From Paraspadella gotoi (Eukaryota > Animalia > Chaetognatha), in contig CM119264.1 in the NCBI GenBank assembly GCA_051294375.1, positions 11,383,832 through 11,447,831 of the forward strand: 64,000 nucleotides of DNA. Reading direction: 5' to 3'. Position 1 is the stretch's first letter; every line of letters starts with the position of its first letter. This document shows, one piece after another, positions 53,432 through 64,000 of this stretch. The notes beneath the pieces are model-generated. The model searched no databases and had not been told where the DNA came from. It was given only the letters and a program-made list of their open reading frames with translations. The position numbers and the translations under genes were made by a program.

Positions 53432-53721
53432 CTCTCTCTCTCTTCTCTCTCTCTCTCCTCTTCTCTCTCTCCATTCTTATGTACAATTGAAGGGAACTTT
53501 TACTATTATAAACGAACGTATAATGTTAAAAACAAACCAGGCCAGTACGTACATTAATCACTGGCAATTCTGGTTTCTTATCACTGGTTAGTGATTACCG
53601 TCTTTTTCATTTTATACAAAGAAGTAAATACATAATATTTACTATATCGTATACTCTGATTGGAAATGTTATTTATTCACATTTATCAATTTTCAATTAA
53701 ATCAACTTAATAAAATAGTTT

Positions 53722-53806
<85 letters not shown>

Positions 53807-54584
53807 TCTCTCTCTCCTCACTCTTCACTCCACCTCTCCCTCTTTGTACCCTCTCCGATCGCCCTCTCCTTCTCTCCATCACCCAGGGATTTTATTTGAT
53901 TAATTTTGTCGTAAACAATCCCCGAAGAGATTTTCTCCCCTCCTCCCTCTTTTTTTTTCTCCTCCTCTTGCGCTTTTGTTTTTTCTCGCGATTTATGGGA
54001 ATTTTTCTCTTATGTTGTTCAGATTGCGTCCTTTGTTCTACGCCGTCGTCTTCGTCGCCAATTTCCCTTTATAATTTGTCTTGTCAATCTCTTTCCCTCT
54101 CGTTTTGCCGTAACGAGTTTCGACCCTCTATTTCTCTTCTTTTCCCGACAATTGCTCTTTTTTTTTCTGGATTCAACTGCCAATTTGTATTTTGTCAATT
54201 TTTAGATGCGTCCGTCGCGTCCTTTTAATAAACTTATTTAATTGAAGGATTTTTTTTCGGTTTGTACGTTTATCATCTTTAAATAAAACGTTGGACAATA
54301 TTATTTCAACTCCATAATTAAAGAATTTTAATGATGGGAAGTAATAATTGCGGACTCATCATTGTGAAATTCGACTTTCGTTTTCCGCTTTCCTTTTTTA
54401 AATCTGGCTCTAGTTTGTACGTTCGCTCGTTTGTTCGTATATATAATCGTTTTTTGCCGCCGATTTCGTTTTAAGTCCGTCGCTTCGGAACCTTTGTTTC
54501 ATTTCTTCTTAGTGTTGTTGTTTAGCAGTCTATTACCCATCGTGAGCCGATCTCCCTTCCGCTAATGCAGTGAGTCTCTCATTC

Positions 54585-54600
<16 letters not shown>
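51492..54600 (+). repeat. ~1.5 kb direct tandem duplication (51492..~53000 and 53068..~54600) straddling a 25-N gap
   Basis: Both copies start GTCGACATTAGG..AGGGAGATTTCCGACGC and end CTAATGCAGTGAGTCTC plus a CT tract. Confidence 0.95.
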
Positions 54601-54680
<80 letters not shown>

Positions 54681-56430
54681 CTTCTCTCTCTCTCTCTCTC
54701 TCTCTCTCCGCTCCCCTCCCCTCTATCCGTCAATTATCGTCGTCAGGCCCAGACGCCCAAGCCAATAATTTCACCATCCAAAACAAAGATTGTCAAAGTA
54801 AAGAAATACGAAAGAAAAAAATATGGGGAGCGCTACTACGACGACGATGACGACAACGACGACGATGACGACGACGACGACGACGATTGACGACGACGAC
54901 TGTTGGGGAGGCTTTTCCTCCAATTTGCATTCGTTCACGCCCCTTTCTCCCTGGGGCGCCGCTCGCGCCGACGCCGCCAATTCCGACGCCCGATCGCTCT
55001 TACGAAAACGGCGCCAATTCCGTGTCCGCCCGCCGCGTAGTAAATCCTCGGCGGCGGCGCGGCAGCGCCGGGGTGCGGGTAGCGGCGGCGTCGCCGGCCT
55101 CGTCCGTTCGGCGCCGCTTTCAGCTGCGAACTTTTTCCTCCCGCAGAAAAAAAGGGGAAGGAATCAAAAAACTAAATTGGAAAAACGATCTTTGTGGGGG
55201 GGGGGCGGGGAAAGGGGCTGGACGGCTGTGTGGTTTCCGGGTGGTAGGGGGTAAGCCTGTTCGAGAGGTTGGGGTTACGGAGGTTGTAAATCGGAATAGT
55301 AGAGTAGATGGCACAATTCGAAGGGAAGTCGGGAAGAGTAGGAGTGGGAAAGCAGTCGGAGCGAAGGGTCACTCCTTTGACGGCGATGGGGTTTATGACC
55401 CAATGGGCTTTTCTCTTGGGGAAATTTCAAACGTTTTTCCCGCTGTCGATCGAAAGCAAAAAAAAGGGTCGTGACTCACGACCTCGTGACTTCCCATCCT
55501 CACTCGCCATGGTTCCAGCATCATGGCCCGCGGCCCCGCCCTTTTCATCCCAATTAAGCCAACCTCGTCCCGGACCTTCATGGCCAGACGTTTACGACCG
55601 GATAGCGCCGCATCACAAACGCGTGAACTCGTGACCTCTCACGCATTCTGATCTCGTGGTCCACAACCTTCGCCTACTCGGCCCGAAAAGACCTCCCCAC
55701 CTGAAACCGCGAAACCGAGGGGGGGGGGTAAGTGCGGCTTTATGGGTGAAGTTGTGAGGAATAAAGAGAAAACATTGTTTTTTATTCTCTAGGCTGTTTG
55801 TTGTTAGTTACTGCTTTGACGGGGTCAGTCCACCACGATCGAATCTTCGCTCAAGCTAACTGACCCTTTTCGTTCGAAAAAGGGCTAACCGCGAGCATCG
55901 TCCTTCAGCTCTTTCGCCTCTTTCGCGTCTCTTTCCCCAGTCGCTTGCAGGCAACGGCCGGGGGTGGCCGAGAGCCGAAGAGACGAGTGGCAGATTGATG
56001 GTGGCGGGTGGCAGGAGTGTACTGCTCAGATGCTTTTGCCATCGGCCTCATTTCCCCGTCGGCCTTTTTGAAGAGAATCCCGGCGGCGCCTCTGGTGGGA
56101 CGGAAAGGATTCCCGAAAATACCCGGGGGAAAACGAGAACGACGACGATGACAACGATGACGACCATATCCAAGTAATTCCAGTTATTTAGTCGATTTGA
56201 TTCGGTTTCGGGTTCCAATCCTGCTATTTTTCTTATTCTAGCAACTCGTTATATTTGTGGTAGAGTAACTAAGGCTTTTGTTCAGTTCTCTCTCTGTCTC
56301 CGGGAAAAAAAACGATCCTTTTTTTCCCTAAACTGCAGAGGAAACGCAATTGAATAGGGCGTGGCAGTGGCTGCGAAATTTGGACGGACGGAATTCGTTG
56401 GCAAGAACGGTGACCTTAAATTCGCCATTG

Positions 56431-56489
<59 letters not shown>

Positions 56490-56883
56490 CCTTTTAACCC
56501 TTGAGTCGCTGGGAACTTAACCTCCGACCCTCTCACTGAGACTCGCGCGGCTCCCTGTGCGGAAACACAGGGACAGTCGGACACGCCCATTGAGGCTCGA
56601 GTTAAATTTGCATAAATTTCAATATTGATCCTCTCATAACCAACTGAAAAATGTTTCCAGTCTCCATAGTCGTCTTGGTCGGTCATCACATCAAGAAAAC
56701 TTTTGACTATGTATGATTCCATTCGCTTGTCAATTTTTATCTAAAATTCTTGCCTCAAACAACAAATCCTACCCATTTTTCTCTCTCTCTCTTTCTCACC
56801 TCTGTGCGACCTCTTTTCATCTTCTATCATATCCTCTTCGTTCCGCTCATCAGAAAAGCGAAGTTCTCTTTGTCATTCCACGC

Positions 56884-56947
56884 TTCACCCGTTCACCCCT
56901 TCACCCCTTCATCCGTTCACCCGTTCACCCCTTCACCCCTTCACCCC
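56884..56947 (+). repeat. 8-bp tandem repeat TTCACCC(C/G), ~8 units
   Basis: Directly visible. Confidence 0.85.
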
Positions 56948-57830
56948 ATCCTCTCACTCGTTCAATCTCCTTCCCTGCTACGCGGCCTTTTTTTTTAACC
57001 AAACGACCCCATCGTCACCGTTTCTTGTATGACGAGCTCGAAAACGGCTGCCCCTGTTCCCATTTCAAGTTGAATCGATTCCCGCAACTCGGGTTAGCAC
57101 CTTCATCGCCTCCGTCCTACTCTGCGTGTAGAATGGAGACCATTTTCTTTCTTGCAATCAGCCTAATGTTATTCCACGATCTCTCTTTTCTTCTGTCAGT
57201 GTGCTGCTGCAATTTACTCTAATCGACTGATACTGCTGTCGTTTTCTGTTAAATTTTTTATTATATTTGAAGAATGCTTCTATTAATCTATAAAAAACAC
57301 AACAATTTTTTACCAGCTGGCAATTACTGTTTTTCATTCCTCATTTTTATACAATGCCACCCTCTAGCTATTCTCCTCCTCCTTGTCCCAGTTTCTCTCT
57401 CGTCAGACGCTGCTTAACATGCATCAAACGACGCTCGTACCCCCTCCACCCTGAGGCCCCTCTCCACCCCGCGGCTCCTCACCCCAGCTTCCTCACAATA
57501 TCTCTCTCTTAGCGTCACGCTTCACCTGAGAGGCTGCCCCCCGGCGCGGCGTCGTCCGCAATCAGCTTCAACCTTTTTGACGGTTTTTTTTTATGCGAGA
57601 GTCGCGATGGAAAGGAGGCCTCGAAGTGGCGAGACTGGGCGAGATATTGGCAACGCGTTCGTGCGCTTCTCTCTTATTTCGATGGGCGGCAGCGAAGTAG
57701 GTTTTTGGTAAGGCGGAGTTGGGTCGAGAGCGGTAGGGGTCGATGACTGCCACGACAATCGTGATGGAGTGAAATATGGCGAGGCTGTAATAACTTTTGA
57801 GCTCAAGTCATCATTTTTAATTTCAAGACG

Positions 57831-57982
57831 TTTAGAGATGAAACGAAAAATCGTTGGAATAACAATTTTTATTTTTATTATTGAACATGTTTCGACTCTT
57901 AGTGGTACGAGTCTTCATCAGCAAGATGCTGATGATAAAAATATAAATTGCTATTCCAACGATTTTTCGTTTCATCTCTAAA
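57831..57982. mobile_element. 152-bp foldback, probable head-to-head Penelope pseudo-LTR remnant
   Basis: 31-bp perfect inverted repeat TTTAGAGATGAAACGAAAAATCGTTGGAATA, extending imperfectly to ~50 bp and enclosing the hammerhead. Confidence 0.65.
57881..57924 (-). ncRNA. Minimal type I hammerhead ribozyme, Penelope-like-element type
   Basis: Minus strand reads UUG CUGAUGA A GACUC GUACCACUAA GAGUC GAAA CAUGU U CAA. It has the conserved CUGAUGA and GAAA cores, a 5-bp stem II, palindromic ACAUGU at stem III, a GUU cleavage triplet, a 3-bp proximal stem I, and AAUAAA just downstream. Confidence 0.75.
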
Positions 57983-58214
57983 CTATTTTAAAAAGAAAGT
58001 CAAAATTGAAAGCGGAATTACTGATCGAAATGTATTAGCACAGATACTTGGGTTATTGTAAGAAAAGATTTTATAGTACATAACTGGGGTGAATATGTTC
58101 GTTTTTAATTACTGAGCACTGTGATTGTTTTTATCTGTAAGAATGAGAGAGAGAGAGAGAGAAGAGAAGGAGAGAGAGAGAGATAGAGAGAGAGAAAAGA
58201 AGAGAGAGAGGAGA

Positions 58215-58272
<58 letters not shown>

Positions 58273-58560
58273 TGTGAGAGAGAGAGAGATGGCTTCTCGG
58301 AAATTATCAATTTATTTAATAAACAAATAAAGTTGATAGTTGTCTTGGGGCCGGGTATTGTTGAAATTCGTAATTGCAATATTTATACATGATTTGGACG
58401 TTAAAACCGTTAGTTAAAATTGTTTTCATTTTATACTACCAAGAAAGTATTTTGTCACTTTTTCAAAAATATCAAAAAATTAATACTCGAATAATTCCTA
58501 ATTTCCCCTGGGGAATTTACTGCTTCCATAAATTAATCGTTCTTTTGCTACTAAGGTTTT

Positions 58561-58661
58561 GTGGCGGTATATTCACACCGCCTAACGTCCACCATCCTTC
58601 AGCCAAATCCATTGGCTCAGAGGGGGAACACACATCCCAGGCGTAGTGAATATACCGCCCC
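58561..58661. repeat. ~100-bp hairpin with 23-bp imperfect inverted repeats (MITE-like)
   Basis: GTGGCGGTATATTCACACCGCCT ... AGGCGTAGTGAATATACCGCCCC (14-bp perfect core); internal AGCCAA/TTGGCT stem. Confidence 0.6.
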
Positions 58662-59109
58662 AGTTTACCCTTTCTCTTCGCGATATTATTTTATGTATTT
58701 ATCATGTAACTACACCTTACACATTGACTTAAAAGAGACAGATAAGATACCCTCATACTAGATAGACATAAAAATTCATTGAATTCGTGTTTTTTTATTC
58801 CCTTTGTTATCCGCTTCTCTTTACAGAAGAAAAAAAGGCACCGACGAAAAAAAGGGAAGCGCCGGGGCTCCAACACAGGGTACAAAACAAGAAGCACCTT
58901 TCAATTGCACCATTTCAAGCAAAAGAAAAAAGTTAGCGCGCACCGTGGCACCAAAAACCTTTCCCGATCGTTGCCTCCCCTCGAGAACATCAACAAAATA
59001 AACCGTTAACAGGTGTCTTTCGAGTGTCTCTATCTCTGTATTGACGACTCTCTCTCTCTCTCTGGCGCCATCCCTGCCTCCGCGGCGTGGTCCTGCGGCG
59101 CCAATCGAG

Positions 59110-59691
59110 ATGGAATCTCGCGACGCAAAAACCGGCGCCTCGATCGACGACCGGCGCCTCTGTCATCGAAGACTAGCGGAGTCGGGATGCGAGTCTGAAA
59201 CAGATGTGAGTCGGGCATCCGGCCTTTCGTCCGGCTGGGCGTCGAGCGAATGCCCCATGACAGAAAATGAAAAGAAAATGAGACAGAAAAAGAGGTTTTG
59301 TCGCCGGCGGAATTATCGTCCCATCTCCGACTCGCGAAAACTCTTGAATCCGTCGAAATTCGAATCGTCATCGTCAGACAACCACACGAGGACGCTTCGA
59401 TTCAAGTCTCCGATTTTCTCGTCGCGGTTCCTTTCTCCACGACGACTCCGTTTCGTCCTTCCCCGTCCCCAACCTTTCTCGCTTCGCCACTCAAGTCGCC
59501 CGTCGACCTCGACGTTCCTGCTGTGGCTGCTGTTTCTTCTGCCGCTCTCGTCTCTACCGCGGGCGGCGGCGGCGGGGATGCAGGAGATCCAGACGCTGGT
59601 TCCCGTGGGAACGACGATCGCCTTCGACTGCGTCTCCGAGTCAGGATCAGCGGTCTGGATCAAAGTCACCGACGATGGCATCTTCGACAAG
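59110..59691 (+). CDS. Immunoglobulin-superfamily cell-surface/secreted protein, first recognised coding exon (start uncertain: ATG at 59110, 59257 or 59278)
   Basis: Signal-like FLLWLLFLLPLSSLPRAAAA, then Ig strands LVPVGTTIAFDC and AVWIKV; donor AAG|GTGAGG, phase 0. Confidence 0.8.
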
Positions 59692-60693
59692 GTGAGGAAG
59701 ATGGCATGGGACGGTGTGAGAAAGTGGCATCATTTGCGGCAGTGGGAGGAGACGTTTGTGATGATAAGTATGTCATCTTTGTTGTGATGGGAAATGGAAT
59801 TGGTAATAGTAGGAAACGCAATTCGTTCCAAAGGTGAGAGGTGTGTGTTGTTGTGATGTCGATGTAGTTTTTTTTTGTTGTATGTTGTTATTTTGATGGA
59901 GTCTTTCTAAATCGAGTTTCAAATTGATTTTGAGATCCACGTAGTAGAAAAAAAAGATTTCGTAAAAGTAAGCTGAGTTTACTGCGCATGTCTTATAACG
60001 AAAATGGAATTAGATAAAGGAAGTAAAAGCATCAAGTTCGACATCATATTCTCTAATCTGGGTCAGAAGGAAAAGAATTCATGAAAATCATTCAATTTAT
60101 GTATATATACAATAAACTACTAACCTTTTTTTATAAAAACAGTCTCTTTTTAAACAACCACCGATCGTGAGAATATATATCCAAAAACTCCAACGGACCG
60201 GGAGAGACGTCGTAAAGTGAATGACTTTAATCCGAAGCTTTCGACGCCGTTAGGGGTTGGCCATATTAAGGCGGCTCCCGCGTCATATCGCGCCACGATT
60301 CCCATCGGATTTTCAGGCGGCCGCCCATGGAAATCGGTTTTTCTAAAGCCCGGGCTTCGTAGACGCAGATGTGACTCGAGATGCCATTGGCGGTCGATTG
60401 GCCAGGCGATGGCACCATTTTGGCGTCATGGAGTTGCCATGGACGCTAAAGATTGCCTCGTTGTCGTTTTCTTGACCAAGGTGGGGTTTTAAGTTATATA
60501 TAGCTATAGATTAACCAAATTTATACCAGTAGTTCCTTTTTCCATAAATATTATTCACTTATAATATCTTTCATTTTAAAGAAATCAACTTGATTTATTT
60601 TAAATTTTTAATAATGTTTTTGGTGTCCTCTTTTTTTTTTTGCACAGGACTGTATCATGTATATCGAGCTCTTTTTAGGTCCAAGACCGACTG

Positions 60694-60751
<58 letters not shown>

Positions 60752-62436
60752 GTCTCTCTCATCTCTCTCTTCTCTTCTCCGTCTCTCTCTCTCTTTGAGG
60801 AAATGAGAAAATGGAATCTGAAGAATTCTTCGCCTCCTCTAAACGGGAGGAACGATATTTCCGGCTGCCGAGATCAGAGAATGAAAGTCGGTGCCGGAAA
60901 AATCTGGAGGAGAATCCAACTGCGCCGATATGAGTTGGAGATTTCAATGCGATTCTTCGCTCAGTCTCGTTTTCGCCAAAAGACGGAAACGCTCCATTCT
61001 CCAATGACGAGTCAAGGACGATTTTTACGGCCGCTTCCGTCGCTTTGGAATCGTTGCCCGGTTTGACACAGGCCGTAATATATAACATATAACTTTCTGC
61101 TTAAGTTATTGATATAGAATCGATGTTTGTATGTTATGATCTTTATTCTCTATGCCTTAGCGTCAAAGTCATATTTCAAATCTTATCTTATCTAACTTAA
61201 ATTTAAAAAACAATTTATCCTTTTTTTTCGCTAGTAACGTCATTCGTCTCGTTTGTAACTAAGGAACGCTTAGAAGCGAGTTCATTTACATCTTTAATAA
61301 AAGAGGATAAAGTCACTCTCTTTTGACAACATAATACTCTTAGCAATCTAAGGAAAAAAGTCCTCAGTTTCCCCCTCAACATTTTTTTTTTATTAATCTT
61401 TTCTTTTCCTTCTCAACTTTCCTTTTCCATCCTCTCTTCCTCTCTATTCTTCATCTTCCCCTCCCCCCTCCATTTTCTTCTTTACTCTTTTCTCCCTTCT
61501 CCCATTTCTTCTCATTTCCTTCCTCGACCTCTCTTCTCTCTTTTTCCCCCTCATAACCTTTCTTTTTTTTCTTCACTTTCCTTTCTCGTCGAGTCAATAG
61601 ATTCAGACAAATCGCCCCTCGGCGGCGTTCCTCGTCTTCCCAGAAGAAAAAAGCCTCCCGGATTAAAAGCATACTCCGCTTGCTTCTCTCGATCAATGAA
61701 TCCCCGCTATTTTTACTCCTTCTTTCTTCGCCTGTTTAGTTTCTTTTCCTTTTTTTTTTTACAACGTTGTCTTTGGTAAACGTATTTCATTTTTTTTTCT
61801 TTAATTTTTATCTATTTCTGCATAACAAAATTTTCCATTTTAGTACACCCTTTTTGTCTTTATTATCCTAATTCATTTTTTGGGTGGTGAAAATTTTTTT
61901 CAGAAATTGATCGTGGGCATTTGTTTTCATTTTACTCCATTTTATTTTGGATTAATTTACCTTGCTTTCGGTTATTTAAAAATAATCGTTTATTTTGAAA
62001 TGTTATCTTTCTAACGTAGACTGGTACAGTGAATTTCTCTTAAAAATAAAAAACATTGGAGATAATACAATGCGAGAAATAACAGAGACTAAAAAAAAAA
62101 CAAAGAGAAAAAAACAAAATGGCGACGACGATAAAATCTCTTGTTTGATGTTTACTCTTTGTTCTTGACGCGCGATGCTTTGTAAAAGCCGTGAAGCCGT
62201 TCGTTCCATTTTTTTTTTCAATATTGACTCGTCATTTTTTTGTATTTTTATCAACTTCCCTTCGTTGAAAATCAGTTCACGTTAAGGAGTTTTTCATTAG
62301 ATTTTATCGCGAAGGTGAATAAATTCTTTAAGGTTGGCGAAGTTTTTTTTTTTTTCGGCGACAGGATTAATTAAATCACGCGGTTGCGAGGAGTCTTAAT
62401 CTCTGAATTTTAATGAGAGATGGAGTGGAGAGGGAG

Positions 62437-62534
<98 letters not shown>

Positions 62535-62751
62535 TAATTGCGTGCTTCACTGGCGCAAAAAAAAAGAGGGATGCCAATTATTCGGGTTTTTAGAAAGCGA
62601 TTTGCCTTTTCGATTTCTTTCCAATCCTCTACTTTCCTTCCGATTTCCTTTCCTCCACGCTCTCTTTTCCTCCTCCTCCTCCTTTTTCTCCACCTTCTCC
62701 TCCGCATCCAACACCGCTTCCACCGCCTTACCTTATATTTTCCTTACCCAG

Positions 62752-62885
62752 GTCTTATTTCTTGGCGAAAACCCAGTGGACGTCAGCGTGAACCTCACCA
62801 AATACGGATTCAAGCGAAACGGGAAAGTTCACACGTTGATCATCAGAAACGTGGAGTTTCCAGACGCCGGGAGATACAAGTGCAG
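62752..62885 (+). CDS. Ig-superfamily gene exon: VLFLGENPVDVSVNLTKYGFKRNGKVHTLIIRNVEFPDAGRYKC
   Basis: Acceptor TTTTCCTTACCCAG|, phase 0; canonical V/I-set motif TLII.....DAGRYKC; donor AG|GTGAGG, phase 2. Confidence 0.9.
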
Positions 62886-63467
62886 GTGAGGCTAAAAGTA
62901 GGCGGCGCCGCGCCGGAGGGCTGCGGCGGCGTGTCTCCGACGGCGGGTAAAATTCGATGCGTCTTTTTTTTTTAAATTAATTGGATCGAAAATCGAAGGA
63001 AATTCGACGATTTTCTAGTTTTTTTCATTTTACGTAATTCTTTTTAGACTCGATTTATTTTTATAAAAAACGATTTGTCAATAAAAAAAACGTTATCACG
63101 AAAACAAATATGGGCAACGCCTATCGCAGCGACATACGTCGGCAGCCCATCGCCAATGGCAACTGCAACAGCGGCGCCAGACAACCGAGGCGCGCTAATG
63201 CGGCTCGATTGTTTCGAGACTGCCAGAGCTCTTCAGAGGACGAACCCATAAAAAGAACACAGATATTTATTCAATTTAATTTTTTTTTCTTTCTCTCTGT
63301 CTCCTTCCCAAACTAATTTAATTTGTAATCTCCCGCTCGTTCTATTTTCTTTGCTTCTCTCGAAGTCTTTACTATTCTTTTGTTTTTTTTCCTTTTTCAT
63401 TCATTAGATAATGAAGGTGCGTTTGAATTCGCCGGTAGGCGTCACGTCCTCCGCGCTTTAATGTGTC

Positions 63468-63532
<65 letters not shown>

Positions 63533-63829
63533 ATCTATTTAATCTCTCTAATAAAAAATACGCGTCTGCGATCTAATCTTCTCGTCATCTTCGCGAACTG
63601 ATTTCTTTTAAATACCCCCTCTTGCTCTCTTTCTTCTCTCCTTATTCTTTTTATCATTATCCCTACCCCTTCTCTATTTCCCTTTTTTAATCCCTTGTCC
63701 ATTTTCATCCTATTTCCCTCCTTCCCTGTTCCTCAATCAAAATATCATGTCTTCCTTTCCTCCCTTGCCCCTATCTTTATCCTCCTCCTCCTCCTCCTCC
63801 TCCTCCCCCCCTCTCTTTCTCTCCTCCAG

Positions 63830-63929
63830 CAACATCCTCTCCGCCAATCTACGCGTCGTGGGCCGCCCAACTTGCACGCCTTCCAATCCCGTGCTGAGAG
63901 AAGGAGAGAAGGCAATCTTCTACTGCCAG
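63830..63929 (+). CDS. Ig-superfamily gene exon: (S)NILSANLRVVGRPTCTPSNPVLREGEKAIFYCQ; gene continues beyond the window
   Basis: Acceptor TTTCTCTCCTCCAG|C, phase 2 matching the previous donor (AG+C = Ser). Encodes the G strand SANLRVV and the start of a second Ig domain (VLREGEKAIFYC); donor CAG|GTAAGT. Confidence 0.9.
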
Positions 63930-64000
63930 GTAAGTTCTCTAATTAGCGATACCTCACCGTTCCCCGCCCTTCCTCATCGCTTTTTCTCTCTCTCTTTCCT

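Noticed and set aside
56494-56760. piggyBac-like end TTAA-CCCTTGAGTCGCTGGG and ORF 56282..56722
   Set aside because: I found no matching opposite TIR or transposase in the window, and the peptide is unrecognised and runs into a microsatellite.
60425-60437. GTCATGGAGTTGC resembling miR-281-3p
   Set aside because: The 3' end differs and there is no complementary 5p arm upstream.
63408-63470. Extra Ig exon after TCATTAG
   Set aside because: Splicing from the phase 2 donor at 62885 gives an immediate TAA, whereas direct splicing to 63830 yields a complete Ig domain.

Overview
Eukaryotic (animal, probably invertebrate) scaffold from an indel-prone long-read or gap-filled assembly. It is very rich in (GA/CT)n, (GAC)n and (AAAG)n microsatellites, and most ORFs in the supplied track are microsatellite read-throughs. 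Two genes are well supported. One is a two-exon GT10 alpha-1,3-fucosyltransferase on the minus strand (11133..10090 + 9786..9646; the second exon is not in the ORF track). The other is the 5' part of a multi-exon immunoglobulin-superfamily protein on the plus strand (exons ending at 59691, then 62752..62885 and 63830..63929, with phase-compatible splicing). Over half the window lies in near-identical duplications: palindromes at 1-3365, 21.6-22.8 kb and 41.3-49.7 kb, three copies of a 7.7 kb unit at 14.0-38.2 kb, and a 1.5 kb tandem at 51.5-54.6 kb. These differ mostly by homopolymer indels and abut 25-N gaps or CT/GA tracts, so they are most likely assembly or read artefacts. Small elements include a Penelope-type minimal hammerhead ribozyme inside a 152-bp foldback (57831-57982), a MITE with telomere-like internal repeats and a 6-bp TSD, a tRNA-derived SINE-like element and several minisatellites. 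I cannot support a claim of a wholly new biological system; the hammerhead foldback is the most interesting genuine-looking signal.
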